DNA from: an uncultured SAR86 cluster bacterium
Lineage (GTDB): Bacteria; Pseudomonadota; Gammaproteobacteria; Magnimaribacterales; D2472
Reading direction: 5' to 3'
NCBI GenBank assembly: GCA_902635645.1
Contig: CACPON010000002.1
Span: forward strand, 32,626 to 96,625
DNA length: 64,000 nt
This document shows positions 37,600-46,769 of the stretch, piece by piece. Both the position numbers and the translations under genes were made by a program. The notes under the pieces are model-generated. The model worked only from the letters and a program-made list of their open reading frames with translations. It did no database searches and was not told the origin of the DNA. The stretch's first letter is position 1. Each line of letters opens with the position of its first letter.

Positions 37600-38763
37600 T
37601 TAAATCTTATTTAGACCAGAAGCATGCCTTGTAAAAAATGCTTTAATAAACCTTGTTTTGTTAACCGTCTTTAGACCCCAATTTCTTAACAATCTAATAT
37701 AAGAATTATTATCATTAAAGAAATAAACAAAGAAATCCATAGACTTTAACATTAATAAATTCATACCCTTTCTTCTAATCTCATATTTTTTTAAAACAGA
37801 TGCCTCATTTATAGCTATCCCCTTGTTATAAGCACCTACTACCTCTTCACAAAATATATCAGCATCAGCAAAACCTAAATTGATGCCCTGACCTGCTAGA
37901 GGGTGAATACTATGAGCAGCATCTCCAATTAAGACTATGGAATTATTTATATAACTTTCGAAATGATGATTAGATAATTGAAAATTAAGCAATTGGGAAT
38001 CTATTTTCAGTTTAATTCCAAGCTTAGATTCAAAGAAAGATAAATTAGATGACACGAAATCATTTATCGATACACCTTCTAAGTTTTTATTATTTACCGA
38101 CCAAACAATAGTACATCTATTGTCTATTGATTCTCTATCTGGCATGGGCATGACTGCAAAAATTCCTTTCTCTGAAAATACTTGATGAGCAATTTTTTTT
38201 TCAAAGTTTTTATCTGCTTTGCAAATAAATGTTATTGCTGTCTGATTATATTCTGAAGACTTATCCGATAGACCGGAGATCTTGGCAACATTAGATTTCC
38301 TGCCGTCACAGCCTGCGATTATTTGTGCCTCAATGCTGCTTCCATTAGACAGTAAGACTTCATTTGTATCATTTTGATTAAGGTTTTGAATAGACTCGAT
38401 TTGATTATTAAAAACTGTTCTTTCATAGCAAGCTTTTGTAAGTTTATTTTTTAATTCATTAAACATGACGACATGGGATAAGAAATTTTCACCTATATCA
38501 TCTGATAAAAACTTTATTCTCCCAGTCCCCTCTCCATCAAGAGCATTGATTTGATCTATAGGTGCGGTCTCAACTTCTATTTTTTCCTTCTGCAATAAAG
38601 ACAACGAATGATTATTGAGTGTAAGGGTTCTAACGCCTGAAGAATAATCTTGGGTTTCCGAAGATTTTTCAATAATTAATGATTCAATATTGTGTCGCTT
38701 TAATCTTACAGAAATGTAGTTGCCAATTATTCCACCACCAGAAATAATAATTGGAACATTCAT
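37600..38763 (-). CDS. ubiH: FAD-dependent ubiquinone biosynthesis hydroxylase (UbiH/UbiF/UbiI family)
   Basis: N-terminal GGGIIG dinucleotide fold, GDAAHSIHPLAGQG motif. Downstream of pepP, as in enterobacteria. Confidence 0.75.
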   Translation of the reverse strand: MNVPIIISGGGIIGNYISVRLKRHNIESLIIEKSSETQDYSSGVRTLTLNNHSLSLLQKEKIEVETAPIDQINALDGEGTGRIKFLSDDIGENFLSHVVMFNELKNKLTKACYERTVFNNQIESIQNLNQNDTNEVLLSNGSSIEAQIIAGCDGRKSNVAKISGLSDKSSEYNQTAITFICKADKNFEKKIAHQVFSEKGIFAVMPMPDRESIDNRCTIVWSVNNKNLEGVSINDFVSSNLSFFESKLGIKLKIDSQLLNFQLSNHHFESYINNSIVLIGDAAHSIHPLAGQGINLGFADADIFCEEVVGAYNKGIAINEASVLKKYEIRRKGMNLLMLKSMDFFVYFFNDNNSYIRLLRNWGLKTVNKTRFIKAFFTRHASGLNKI

Positions 38764-38766
38764 GTT

Positions 38767-40062
38767 TTAAGCCATCAATGATTCAATTTCTTTAGGGCAT
38801 GATGGAACTTTTTCAGTCAAATTTATATTTCCATCGTTAGTGACTAATATGTCATCTTCGATTCTTACGCCAATGCCCTTCCATTTATCATCTACGTTCA
38901 TTGAGCTGCTTATATATATTCCAGGCTCAATGGTCGTAATCATTCCAGGCTTAAACTGCATAAACTCTCCATCCTCCATATAATCTCCAACATCATGAAC
39001 ATCTAAACCTAACCAATGCCCTATTTTATGCATATAAAAATCTTTAAATGCGCCTTCTTTATGAAGCTCTTCAGGATTACCATTTAAAATACCGACTTCA
39101 ACCAAGCCTCTTGTGATAACTTTCTCAGAAATAACTTGAGGTTCCATAATATTATTGCCAGTTTTAACTGCATCAATTGCAGCCTTATTTGCCTCAAGAA
39201 CAATGTTATATATAGCCAATTGTTCCTCAGAGAACTTCCCTCCTACAGGAAAAGTCCTAGTGATATCAGATGCATACATCTTGTACTCACAACCAGCATC
39301 AACCAATATCAAATCAGATTCATTTAGATCTTGATTATTCTCAATGTAATGAAGAACACATGCATTTTCACCACCAGCAACGATAGGAGTGTAAGCAGGG
39401 AATCTGCCACCTCTTTTCCCAAATTCATATAAAAATTTTGATTCAATTAATTGTTCATTTTCACCAGGCTTAATATTCTTCATTACTTCTACAAAGGATT
39501 CAGCAGAAATATCACAAGCTTTTTTCATGATCTCTATCTCATGATCATCTTTTATGAGTCTCATATTTCCAATCATTGAAGATCCATCCATGATATCGAT
39601 AGATTGAGAATGTCTATCTTTTGAACTGGCAGCACAAGTCCAATCTATAACATTCTGATCAAAGCCACTTTTTTTACCAATAGGATAAAAAACCTTTTTG
39701 ACTCCTTGGAGTAGTTCAGGCATTAGTTCATCAATCTTAGTATTATCAAAAGCCTGATCAAATCCGTAGTCATCAACCGCCCCAATAGGTCCAGCTCTAT
39801 AGCCATCCCAAATTTCTCTTAACTTATCTTTAGGCGGAACAAAAACTATAGAAGAAATTTTATCTTCTTGATGCACTATGACCATAAGCGATGAGGGCTC
39901 GCAAAATCCAGAAAAATAATAAAAACTACTCTCCTGTCTTAAGGCATATGATGAGTCTGCGTTCCTATACTGAAGGTCTGCTCCAGGAATTATCAATGCA
40001 CAATTTTTTGGAAGAATAGTATTTAAAGACTCTCTTCGTGATTTATATATTTTATTATCCAT
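38767..40062 (-). CDS. pepP: Xaa-Pro aminopeptidase
   Basis: 431 aa. M24B motifs DAGCEY, HKIGHWLGLDVHD, EPGIY. Confidence 0.9.
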   Translation of the reverse strand: MDNKIYKSRRESLNTILPKNCALIIPGADLQYRNADSSYALRQESSFYYFSGFCEPSSLMVIVHQEDKISSIVFVPPKDKLREIWDGYRAGPIGAVDDYGFDQAFDNTKIDELMPELLQGVKKVFYPIGKKSGFDQNVIDWTCAASSKDRHSQSIDIMDGSSMIGNMRLIKDDHEIEIMKKACDISAESFVEVMKNIKPGENEQLIESKFLYEFGKRGGRFPAYTPIVAGGENACVLHYIENNQDLNESDLILVDAGCEYKMYASDITRTFPVGGKFSEEQLAIYNIVLEANKAAIDAVKTGNNIMEPQVISEKVITRGLVEVGILNGNPEELHKEGAFKDFYMHKIGHWLGLDVHDVGDYMEDGEFMQFKPGMITTIEPGIYISSSMNVDDKWKGIGVRIEDDILVTNDGNINLTEKVPSCPKEIESLMA

Positions 40063-40126
40063 AGTTTATTTTACTCTTTTATTAAACAAACTTTCCAATT
40101 GATGAATGTGCAATTAAACTTATGTT

Positions 40127-40324
40127 ATGTCAGATGAAAATAATTTTTCGATTGAAGATCTTGAAAATAAAATTGATCTTCTCATAAAACGTTTTGATGA
40201 ACAAAAAGGAATTATCGATTCATACGTTCATAGAGAAAGAGACTGGAAGAAAAATAAAATTTTACTTGGCAAAGAAATTGCTGCTTTAGAAAAGAAACTT
40301 AACAAAAAAGGTAACCATGAGTGA
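40127..40324 (+). CDS. Small coiled-coil protein adjacent to zapA
   Basis: 65 aa with heptad-like, charged sequence. Overlaps the zapA start. Resembles the small coiled-coil gene found upstream of zapA in pseudomonads (from memory). Confidence 0.5.
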   Translation: MSDENNFSIEDLENKIDLLIKRFDEQKGIIDSYVHRERDWKKNKILLGKEIAALEKKLNKKGNHE

Positions 40325-40583
40325 AATGGAAACACTATCTCTAAGAATTTTTGGAAGAGATTTAACTCTAGCGTGCCCTCCAGAGGAAAAAGATCAATTA
40401 ATTAAAGCCGCTCAACTATTAAATTCTGAACTCGATTCTATAAATGATAAAAATAACGCATTAATAATAGCCGGCCTTACTCTTGCTAATAAGCTCATAT
40501 CTAATCCAGATGAAAAGAGTAATGATACTCAAGTAGATCTGTCATCAATTATAAAAAAAATTGATCTAGCTTTAGAAAAATAA
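40317..40583 (+). CDS. zapA: Cell division protein ZapA
   Basis: 88 aa. LRIFGRDLTLACPPEEKDQLIKAAQLLNSEL matches the ZapA N-terminal core. Followed by 6S RNA. Confidence 0.8.
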   Translation: MSEMETLSLRIFGRDLTLACPPEEKDQLIKAAQLLNSELDSINDKNNALIIAGLTLANKLISNPDEKSNDTQVDLSSIIKKIDLALEK

Positions 40584-40619
40584 TCTTTTATTAAATACTT
40601 ATATATCCTATACTTTCTT

Positions 40620-40805
40620 TACATTCTGGTTCATTCGCTAATGTGTTATTAAATTTGAACCGATACTATTAAATAGGTGATATTCCACTATCATTGTTGT
40701 GCAATACCTATATAGGGAAGCCTGATTTGATAAGAAATTCACCACCTGACCTTTCGGTTCAGGTAAAACACATGGCGGTGATTTGGTTTGTTAGCCTCGG
40801 CGCAA
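40620..40805 (+). ncRNA. ssrS: 6S RNA
   Basis: Blocks resembling E. coli 6S: GAACCGAUACU (cf. GAGCCGAUAUU), GAAGCCU, AAUUCACC + hairpin CCUGACCUUUCGGUUCAGG (cf. CAUUCACCUUGAACCAAGGGUUCAAGG), GGCGG. Closing pairing GCUAAUG (40637-40643) / UGUUAGC (40789-40795). Canonical zapA-ssrS-ygfA position. Ends are approximate. Confidence 0.8.
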
Positions 40806-40808
40806 TTT

Positions 40809-41381
40809 ATGGTGAAAGATAAAATTCGAAAATCACTTCTTGAGCAGGGGCTCACTCTTTCTTCTCAATCTATAGATCAACTAAATAATCAAATTCAAAA
40901 AAATATAATTGAAAGTCTAGATCTATCAAAAATGAACAACGTATTGCTTTACTTTCCTTATAAACAAGAGATAAAAACAAACCTTCTTCATCAAGAGCTT
41001 ATTAAATACTCACACAATATTTATATGCCAAAAATTTTTCCAGAAAGAATAATGAAATTCAATTTATATACTAGTGAATATTCTTTAGTTAAAAATAAAT
41101 ATGGAATTACTGAAGTAGATAATGAAGAGTATTTAGAACCTAATTTTTTTGATGCTATGTTTATTCCTTTTGTTGGAGTAGATGTTAATGGTTATAGGAT
41201 TGGATATGGCGGGGGATATTTTGATAGAGCTCTTTCCAGTCTTGTAGGCAAGAATCACAATAAGCCATTAATTATTGGTCTTGGTTATGACTATCAAATA
41301 CTGTCTAAAAATCTGGCTGAACCGCATGATTTGAAGTATCACAAAGTTATAACAGAGTCTCGTATACTTTCATATAACTGA
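40809..41381 (+). CDS. ygfA: 5-formyltetrahydrofolate cyclo-ligase
   Basis: GYGGGYFDR motif. ATG at 40809 (MVKDKIRK) preferred, because the TTG at 40788 would lie inside the 6S RNA. Confidence 0.85.
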   Translation: MVKDKIRKSLLEQGLTLSSQSIDQLNNQIQKNIIESLDLSKMNNVLLYFPYKQEIKTNLLHQELIKYSHNIYMPKIFPERIMKFNLYTSEYSLVKNKYGITEVDNEEYLEPNFFDAMFIPFVGVDVNGYRIGYGGGYFDRALSSLVGKNHNKPLIIGLGYDYQILSKNLAEPHDLKYHKVITESRILSYN

Positions 41382-41402
41382 TATATAAAATATATATATA
41401 TT

Positions 41403-43685
41403 ATGAAAAGATTCTTTTTAACTACCCTTCTATTTTCGACGATTCTAATAAAAGGTGAGTCTATAGTTATAGATGGAATCCTAGATGAGCCTGAGTGGAC
41501 AAAAGCCTATTCTATTAGTGAGTTTTATCAAACTTCTCCATTTAATCTACAAAAATCACAGGATGAAACCCTGGTCTACATATTTTCAAACGAAGATGGT
41601 ATTTATGTTGGTTTTATTAACAAACAAAGTAATTCATCTATGTTGTCTAAAAAGACCTTGAGAGATGAAATGACATCATTGAGCGACAAAAACTCCATTA
41701 ATATTGATTTTGATGGCGACGGGAATAAGGCTTATATTTTAGCTGTAAATCTTGGAGATTCTTTGTTTGATGCCATCAAGATTAAAACAGGCGATTTCAA
41801 AACAGATTGGGATGGAGATTGGATAGCCAAAACTAAAAGACATGATGGATATTGGGTCTCTGAATTTTATTTACCATGGAATCTTGTTCTTATGAATCAA
41901 CCTGCAGGAGATAAAAGAACAATAAAATATTCCGTCTTACGTTATAAAGCTAAAGAACAGGTTTGGTTAAGCAGCTCAGGATCAATGGCTAGTAGACCAG
42001 ACTATTTTGAGAAACTAGATTCCTTAGAAATTGCCAACTATACAAAATCAAAATTAAACTTTTTTCCATATGTGTCTTCCAATCAAAATTCAGTTACAAA
42101 ATTTGACGATAACAAAATAGGAGCAGAAATTTTCTATAACTCAGGAACAGGTAAGCAAATTAATGCAACATTTAATCCAGATTTTGGTCAAGCTGAGAGT
42201 GATGATGTTGTAATAAATTTTTCAGCTCGAGAAACTTTCTATTCTGAAAAAAGAGCCTTTTTTAATGAAAATCAGTCCCTTTTTAATATTAATAACTATG
42301 ATCGTTATACGGTTATGAACACTAGAAGAATTGGTTCGGCTCCAAGCTATAAATGTTCGGAAGAGGAGAATATTGATGAGTGTGAAAATTCAAAGAAAAA
42401 TTATTCAGACATAGATTATGCTTTGAGGTATTCACAAAAAACAGGAAAAACAGAATTAGGATTCTTTACTGCAAGAGAAACAGATGAGTCTTTTTCTGTA
42501 GGAAGAAACTTTTATGCCCTTAGGTCAAGAACAGACCTTGGTAACAAAACGCTTGGATATATGCTTACCCATGTTGATGATAGTTTTAACAACAAAACAG
42601 CAAGCGTTAGTGTAATTGACTATGTGAATGTAAAATCAGATAAATTAACTTATTTCACAGATCTGCTTTTTTCTGAAAAAAATGATGACTCTAGATTTGG
42701 TTACAGGTCTCAATTTAACTATCAGCCTTCAAATTTTTCTTATATATCTGGAAGCATCTTATATTTTGATGAAAACTTTCAGTTAAATGACTTTGGTTAT
42801 CTCAGAAGAGCTGATTGGATTCATGTTGGTCTTGGTGGGGGTTTAAAGCAAATAAACTTTTCAAAAGAGTCACCTGTAGATCAAATTGATATGAATGTTG
42901 ACTTTAATTATGATGCCGACACAAATGGAAATTCAAACCCTATTAGAATTGATCAAAAAAATGAAATTACCTTTAAGGATACATCAAAACTTAAGTTTGA
43001 TTTTGGCATTAAAACCTCAGGCAAAAACACAACAATAACTAGAAAAAATCCTGATTTTCCATTTATAAAAATCAAAAAGAAAAAAAATATAACTTTGGAT
43101 TTTGAAGCAGTTAATTATAAATTTTGGACCTACGATTGGAGAATTAGTTTTGAAAAAGGAGACAAATATAACTCCTGGAACTCTGATGGCTACAAAAGAG
43201 AGTTTTATAAGATAGCAGGCTCATATTTCCCAAATGATAATCTAAAGATAAATCTGCAATATAGAATTCGAAAAGAAAATGAATGGCTTATATGGACTGA
43301 GGATAATAAGTTTGGTTTGTATGACTCTGAGCAAGACACCGTCTCCATAGGCTTAAATTGGTTTAGTGGGAATAAGCATGAAATCAGATTAAAAAGTCAA
43401 TTTGTTGCACTTCAGGCAGATAATCCACAAAGTTTAATTTCTGATAGTGGTGGCTACTTATATGACTCAGATGACTTGATAAAGCCATTCACTCAAGGCG
43501 TTGTTTCGTTTCAAGTAAGATATAAGTACGAAATTGCCCCTCTATCCTACCTTTATCTTGTGTATTCAAAAGGTGGAACCAGTTATGATGAAGATGAAGA
43601 TTATTCTAAATCTGATATTTTTAATCAACCATGGAACAACCCTTCTGATGAAGTATATTCAATCAAGTTTAGATTAAAGTATTAG
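41403..43685 (+). CDS. CBM9-like domain + large beta-rich (DUF5916-like) secreted/outer-membrane protein
   Basis: 760 aa. Signal peptide, N-terminal IDGILDEPEW motif typical of CBM9/DOMON-like modules, long alternating beta-strand-like body ending in ...FRLKY. Confidence 0.55.
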   Translation: MKRFFLTTLLFSTILIKGESIVIDGILDEPEWTKAYSISEFYQTSPFNLQKSQDETLVYIFSNEDGIYVGFINKQSNSSMLSKKTLRDEMTSLSDKNSINIDFDGDGNKAYILAVNLGDSLFDAIKIKTGDFKTDWDGDWIAKTKRHDGYWVSEFYLPWNLVLMNQPAGDKRTIKYSVLRYKAKEQVWLSSSGSMASRPDYFEKLDSLEIANYTKSKLNFFPYVSSNQNSVTKFDDNKIGAEIFYNSGTGKQINATFNPDFGQAESDDVVINFSARETFYSEKRAFFNENQSLFNINNYDRYTVMNTRRIGSAPSYKCSEEENIDECENSKKNYSDIDYALRYSQKTGKTELGFFTARETDESFSVGRNFYALRSRTDLGNKTLGYMLTHVDDSFNNKTASVSVIDYVNVKSDKLTYFTDLLFSEKNDDSRFGYRSQFNYQPSNFSYISGSILYFDENFQLNDFGYLRRADWIHVGLGGGLKQINFSKESPVDQIDMNVDFNYDADTNGNSNPIRIDQKNEITFKDTSKLKFDFGIKTSGKNTTITRKNPDFPFIKIKKKKNITLDFEAVNYKFWTYDWRISFEKGDKYNSWNSDGYKREFYKIAGSYFPNDNLKINLQYRIRKENEWLIWTEDNKFGLYDSEQDTVSIGLNWFSGNKHEIRLKSQFVALQADNPQSLISDSGGYLYDSDDLIKPFTQGVVSFQVRYKYEIAPLSYLYLVYSKGGTSYDEDEDYSKSDIFNQPWNNPSDEVYSIKFRLKY

Positions 43686-45230
43686 TTATTTTAAAAAGTC
43701 TTTATAGGCTTTATTAGAAGTCTCTTCAATAAATATAGTATCTGTCTTATTAAGGTGTTTGATAAGATGTAACTTGTTCGAATTGCTGTCTTCTATTCCA
43801 ATTAATATTTTTCCGAATGCTGATCCAAGATTCCTATAATGAAATAATGATATGTTCCAGTTGCTACCAAATTTTTCTAAGAATGTTAAAAGAGCTCCTG
43901 GCTTTTCAGGAAATTCGCCTCGAAAAATTCTCTCATTTTTATGACCTTTTTGATTGATTCTTCCTCCCACCATATGTCGTAGATGGTCATTAGAAATCTC
44001 ATTTCTTGTAAGGTCTTTATAAGCAAAGCCTGATTTTTTTAATTTATTTTTTATGGCTTGATATGATTTATCAGTCTTTGTTCTAACACCAACAAGAACA
44101 TATGCATCATTTAGATCTGATTTTCTATAATTGAACTCGGTTATTAACGATGATCCAAATATTCTGGAGAGTTTTAAAAAACTTCCTGGTTGTTCCGGTA
44201 TTTTTATACTAAGTATTTTTTCTCTATTTTCACCAAGCTCAGATCTTTCAACAATAAAGTTCAATCTTTGGAAGTTAACATTAGCACCACTACTAATAGC
44301 TAATAAATTTTTACCCTTAATTTTCTTTGAATAAACTTTTAGTCCGGCTAAGGCAAGTGCTCCCGCTGGCTCTGACAGCACTCTAGTATCTTCAAATATA
44401 TCTTTTACAGCAGCGCAAACCTCATCTACTGTTACTGTTATAACCTCGTCTACACATTCTTTTAAAACATCAAAATTATTTTTACCAACTTGAGATACTG
44501 CTACGCCATCTGCAAATAAACCGACTTCTTTGAGCGTAATCCTTTTATTAGCTTTTATTGCTTCTGTAAAACAAGCTGAGTCCTCTACTTCCACTCCAAT
44601 TATCTTGATTTTTTTGTTGTGCTGAGCAATCCACGAAGAAACACCAGCTAAAATTCCCCCGCCTCCAACTGGAACAAATATAGCATCATAATGATTATCA
44701 TCCTCAAGAATTTCTTTACCAATAGTTCCTTGACCAGCAATTGTATAAGGATCATCAAAGGGATGGACAAAGGTTAATTTCTTTTTCTTTGATAAAGATT
44801 TTGCCTCATGTAAAGCTGTATTTACATCGTCACCATGCTGTATTATTTTTGCGCCAAACCTTTTTACATCTTTAATTTTTATCTCAGGTGTTGTTATAGG
44901 CATTACAATAGTGCACTTTATTTTCAATTTTTTACAAGCACTTGCAACTCCCTGTGCATGATTACCCGCTGAAGCAGCTATAACACCCCTCTTCTTTTCA
45001 GAATCAGATAAATTGATTATTTTGTTATAAGCTCCTCTATTTTTAAAAGAAAAAATTGGTTGTAAATCTTCTCTTTTTAAAAAGATTTTATTCTTTTCTT
45101 TTAGAGATAGATTAGGTGCAAATGTTATGGGCGAGTTTATTGCTACATCATATACAGATGCATTTTCAATTAGCTTTATATATCTTTTAGAGTTCTTAAA
45201 AGAACCTGTTTTCTTTATTTTTAATCTCAA
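43686..45230 (-). CDS. ilvA: Threonine ammonia-lyase, biosynthetic
   Basis: 514 aa. PLP-lysine motif SFKNRGA, glycine loop GGGGILAG, duplicated C-terminal ACT-like regulatory domains. Confidence 0.9.
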   Translation of the reverse strand: MRLKIKKTGSFKNSKRYIKLIENASVYDVAINSPITFAPNLSLKEKNKIFLKREDLQPIFSFKNRGAYNKIINLSDSEKKRGVIAASAGNHAQGVASACKKLKIKCTIVMPITTPEIKIKDVKRFGAKIIQHGDDVNTALHEAKSLSKKKKLTFVHPFDDPYTIAGQGTIGKEILEDDNHYDAIFVPVGGGGILAGVSSWIAQHNKKIKIIGVEVEDSACFTEAIKANKRITLKEVGLFADGVAVSQVGKNNFDVLKECVDEVITVTVDEVCAAVKDIFEDTRVLSEPAGALALAGLKVYSKKIKGKNLLAISSGANVNFQRLNFIVERSELGENREKILSIKIPEQPGSFLKLSRIFGSSLITEFNYRKSDLNDAYVLVGVRTKTDKSYQAIKNKLKKSGFAYKDLTRNEISNDHLRHMVGGRINQKGHKNERIFRGEFPEKPGALLTFLEKFGSNWNISLFHYRNLGSAFGKILIGIEDSNSNKLHLIKHLNKTDTIFIEETSNKAYKDFLK

Positions 45231-45269
45231 GATAATTATCTATTGTTATTTTTCTTGTATTATACAGAT

Positions 45270-45908
45270 ATGAGTAGCTCAAAGATAAATGTTGCTAAAC
45301 AAGCAATAGATTATATTAAAGATAAACTTCATCCTGAAATGATTTTGGGTATTGGAACTGGCTCTACTGTAAATTTTTTTATAGAAGAACTTGGTGCATA
45401 TAAAAATTTATTTGCTGGTGCGGTATCAAGCTCGGAAGCATCTTCGAACTTATTAAATGAAAAAGGTATTGAGGTTTTTAATCTAAATGATGTTATGGAT
45501 ATTGCCTATTACATAGATGGTGCTGATGAAGTTTCTCCAAATTATGAGCTAATAAAGGGAGGTGGCGGTGCTCATACAAGAGAGAAAATCGTTGCGTCTG
45601 CTTCCAATGAATTTGTATGTATTGTTGATGAAGCAAAACTAGTGTCACAGCTTGGAGCTTTTCCATTGCCTGTAGAGGTTCTTCCAGAAAGTAGAAGCTT
45701 AGTTGCAAGAAAAATTGTCTCTATGGGTGGAACGCCGATATATAGGGCTGGTTTTATTACCGACCAAGGTAATGAAATATTGGATATCAAAGATCTTGAT
45801 ATATCAAACCCAGAAGCGATAGAAGCTTTGCTTAATAACATTCCTGGGGTTGTAGATAACGGAATCTTTGCTTTTAACAAGCCCAAGAAAGTTTTAGTAT
45901 CCAGCTAG
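45270..45908 (+). CDS. rpiA: Ribose-5-phosphate isomerase A
   Basis: GIGTGSTV, DGADEV, KGGGGAHTREK motifs. ATG at 45270. Confidence 0.9.
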   Translation: MSSSKINVAKQAIDYIKDKLHPEMILGIGTGSTVNFFIEELGAYKNLFAGAVSSSEASSNLLNEKGIEVFNLNDVMDIAYYIDGADEVSPNYELIKGGGGAHTREKIVASASNEFVCIVDEAKLVSQLGAFPLPVEVLPESRSLVARKIVSMGGTPIYRAGFITDQGNEILDIKDLDISNPEAIEALLNNIPGVVDNGIFAFNKPKKVLVSS

Positions 45909-45910
45909 TA

Positions 45911-46438
45911 TTAAAGTATTTCTTCGATTGCAGAAATTAACTCAAGAGAATCTGGCTTCACGCCAGATTTAAATGTTGAAACAACTCTTCCCTCTTTTGA
46001 AATTAAATACTTATTAAAATTCCATGTTGGCTCAACACCAGATTCCTCTTTTAATTTTTTATAAAAAGGGTGCGCCTTCTTCCCTCTTACTTTTACTGTT
46101 GCGAACATAGGAAATTCAACGCCGTATTCAGTGGAACAAAACTCAGCCACAGCACTTTCTTTGGAATATTCTTGAAAGAAATCTCTTGATGGAACACCCA
46201 AAACTACAAAGTCATTATCTTTATATTTTTCATAAAGATTTTGAAGACCAGAATATTGATAGGTATAACCACATCTGCTGGCGACGTTAACCACTAGCAA
46301 TGTCTTGCCTTCATATGCACATAAATTTTGTGATTCTGCAGAATCTAGTATTCGCATATCAGAATTAAGAAGATTCGGACAGGCATGAATATTTTGAACA
46401 ACGAAAAAACAAAAAAAGCTGAACAAGATTTTTTTCAT
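45911..46438 (-). CDS. Glutathione peroxidase (Cys-type, signal peptide)
   Basis: 175 aa. VASRCGYT active site with a Cys codon. WNFNKYLI motif. Confidence 0.9.
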   Translation of the reverse strand: MKKILFSFFCFFVVQNIHACPNLLNSDMRILDSAESQNLCAYEGKTLLVVNVASRCGYTYQYSGLQNLYEKYKDNDFVVLGVPSRDFFQEYSKESAVAEFCSTEYGVEFPMFATVKVRGKKAHPFYKKLKEESGVEPTWNFNKYLISKEGRVVSTFKSGVKPDSLELISAIEEIL

Positions 46439-46465
46439 TAAAAAATTATATATATTTAACGGCGA

Positions 46466-46552
46466 TTAAGCTATTGGGCCTATTGCAAGAACAGAGATCA
46501 CAAAAACACTTACTAAAATTACAGTTTCAAAAAATTCTTTATATTTACTCAT
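46466..46552 (-). CDS. Candidate 28-aa hydrophobic micro-protein
   Basis: MSKYKEFFETVILVSVFVISVLAIGPIA, one predicted TM. Lies between a terminator-like hairpin and gpx. No clear SD. Purely an ORF-level call. Confidence 0.25.
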   Translation of the reverse strand: MSKYKEFFETVILVSVFVISVLAIGPIA

Positions 46553-46565
46553 TTTATAATTCTTA

Positions 46566-46644
46566 ATTAAAAATGGAGGGACTGAGCCCTCCATATGATT
46601 CCAGAGTGTCAGCAAATCTAATAGGGGGAGAGGAGTGCTGACAT
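46566..46644 (-). ncRNA. Candidate small RNA or gpx leader/attenuator
   Basis: Minus-strand RNA UGUCAGCA-[21-nt loop CUCCUCUCCCCCUAUUAGAUU]-UGCUGACA, a 14-nt linker, then AUGGAGGG-CUCAGU-CCCUCCAU followed by UUUUAAUU. A G+C-rich island in AT-rich DNA, preceded by a near-consensus promoter. Confidence 0.35.
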
Positions 46645-46649
46645 ACATT

Positions 46650-46677
46650 ATTATATATACTTATATTATATTATCAA
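46650..46677 (-). promoter_or_regulatory. Candidate sigma70 promoter (TTGATA-16 bp-TATAAT)
   Basis: On the minus strand, TTGATA is at 46677-46672 and TATAAT at 46655-46650. The predicted start is 5-8 nt downstream, at the base of the first hairpin. Confidence 0.35.
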
Positions 46678-46769
46678 TACTTTTTATAAAATAAATTTAA
46701 ATTATTCCAAATAATCGCTAAATGTGCGATTTTATAAGGATAAATATGCTTATTTTTTATGTATAATGC

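Noticed and set aside
45911-46438. Possible selenocysteine recoding in glutathione peroxidase
   Set aside because: The active-site residue is encoded by a normal Cys codon (VASRCGYT) and the ORF has no in-frame TGA.
46466-46648. Full 60-aa minus-strand ORF from the track
   Set aside because: Its first 32 codons would be translated straight through the two strong hairpins and the U-tract. Only the distal 28-codon part is kept, and only as a weak candidate.
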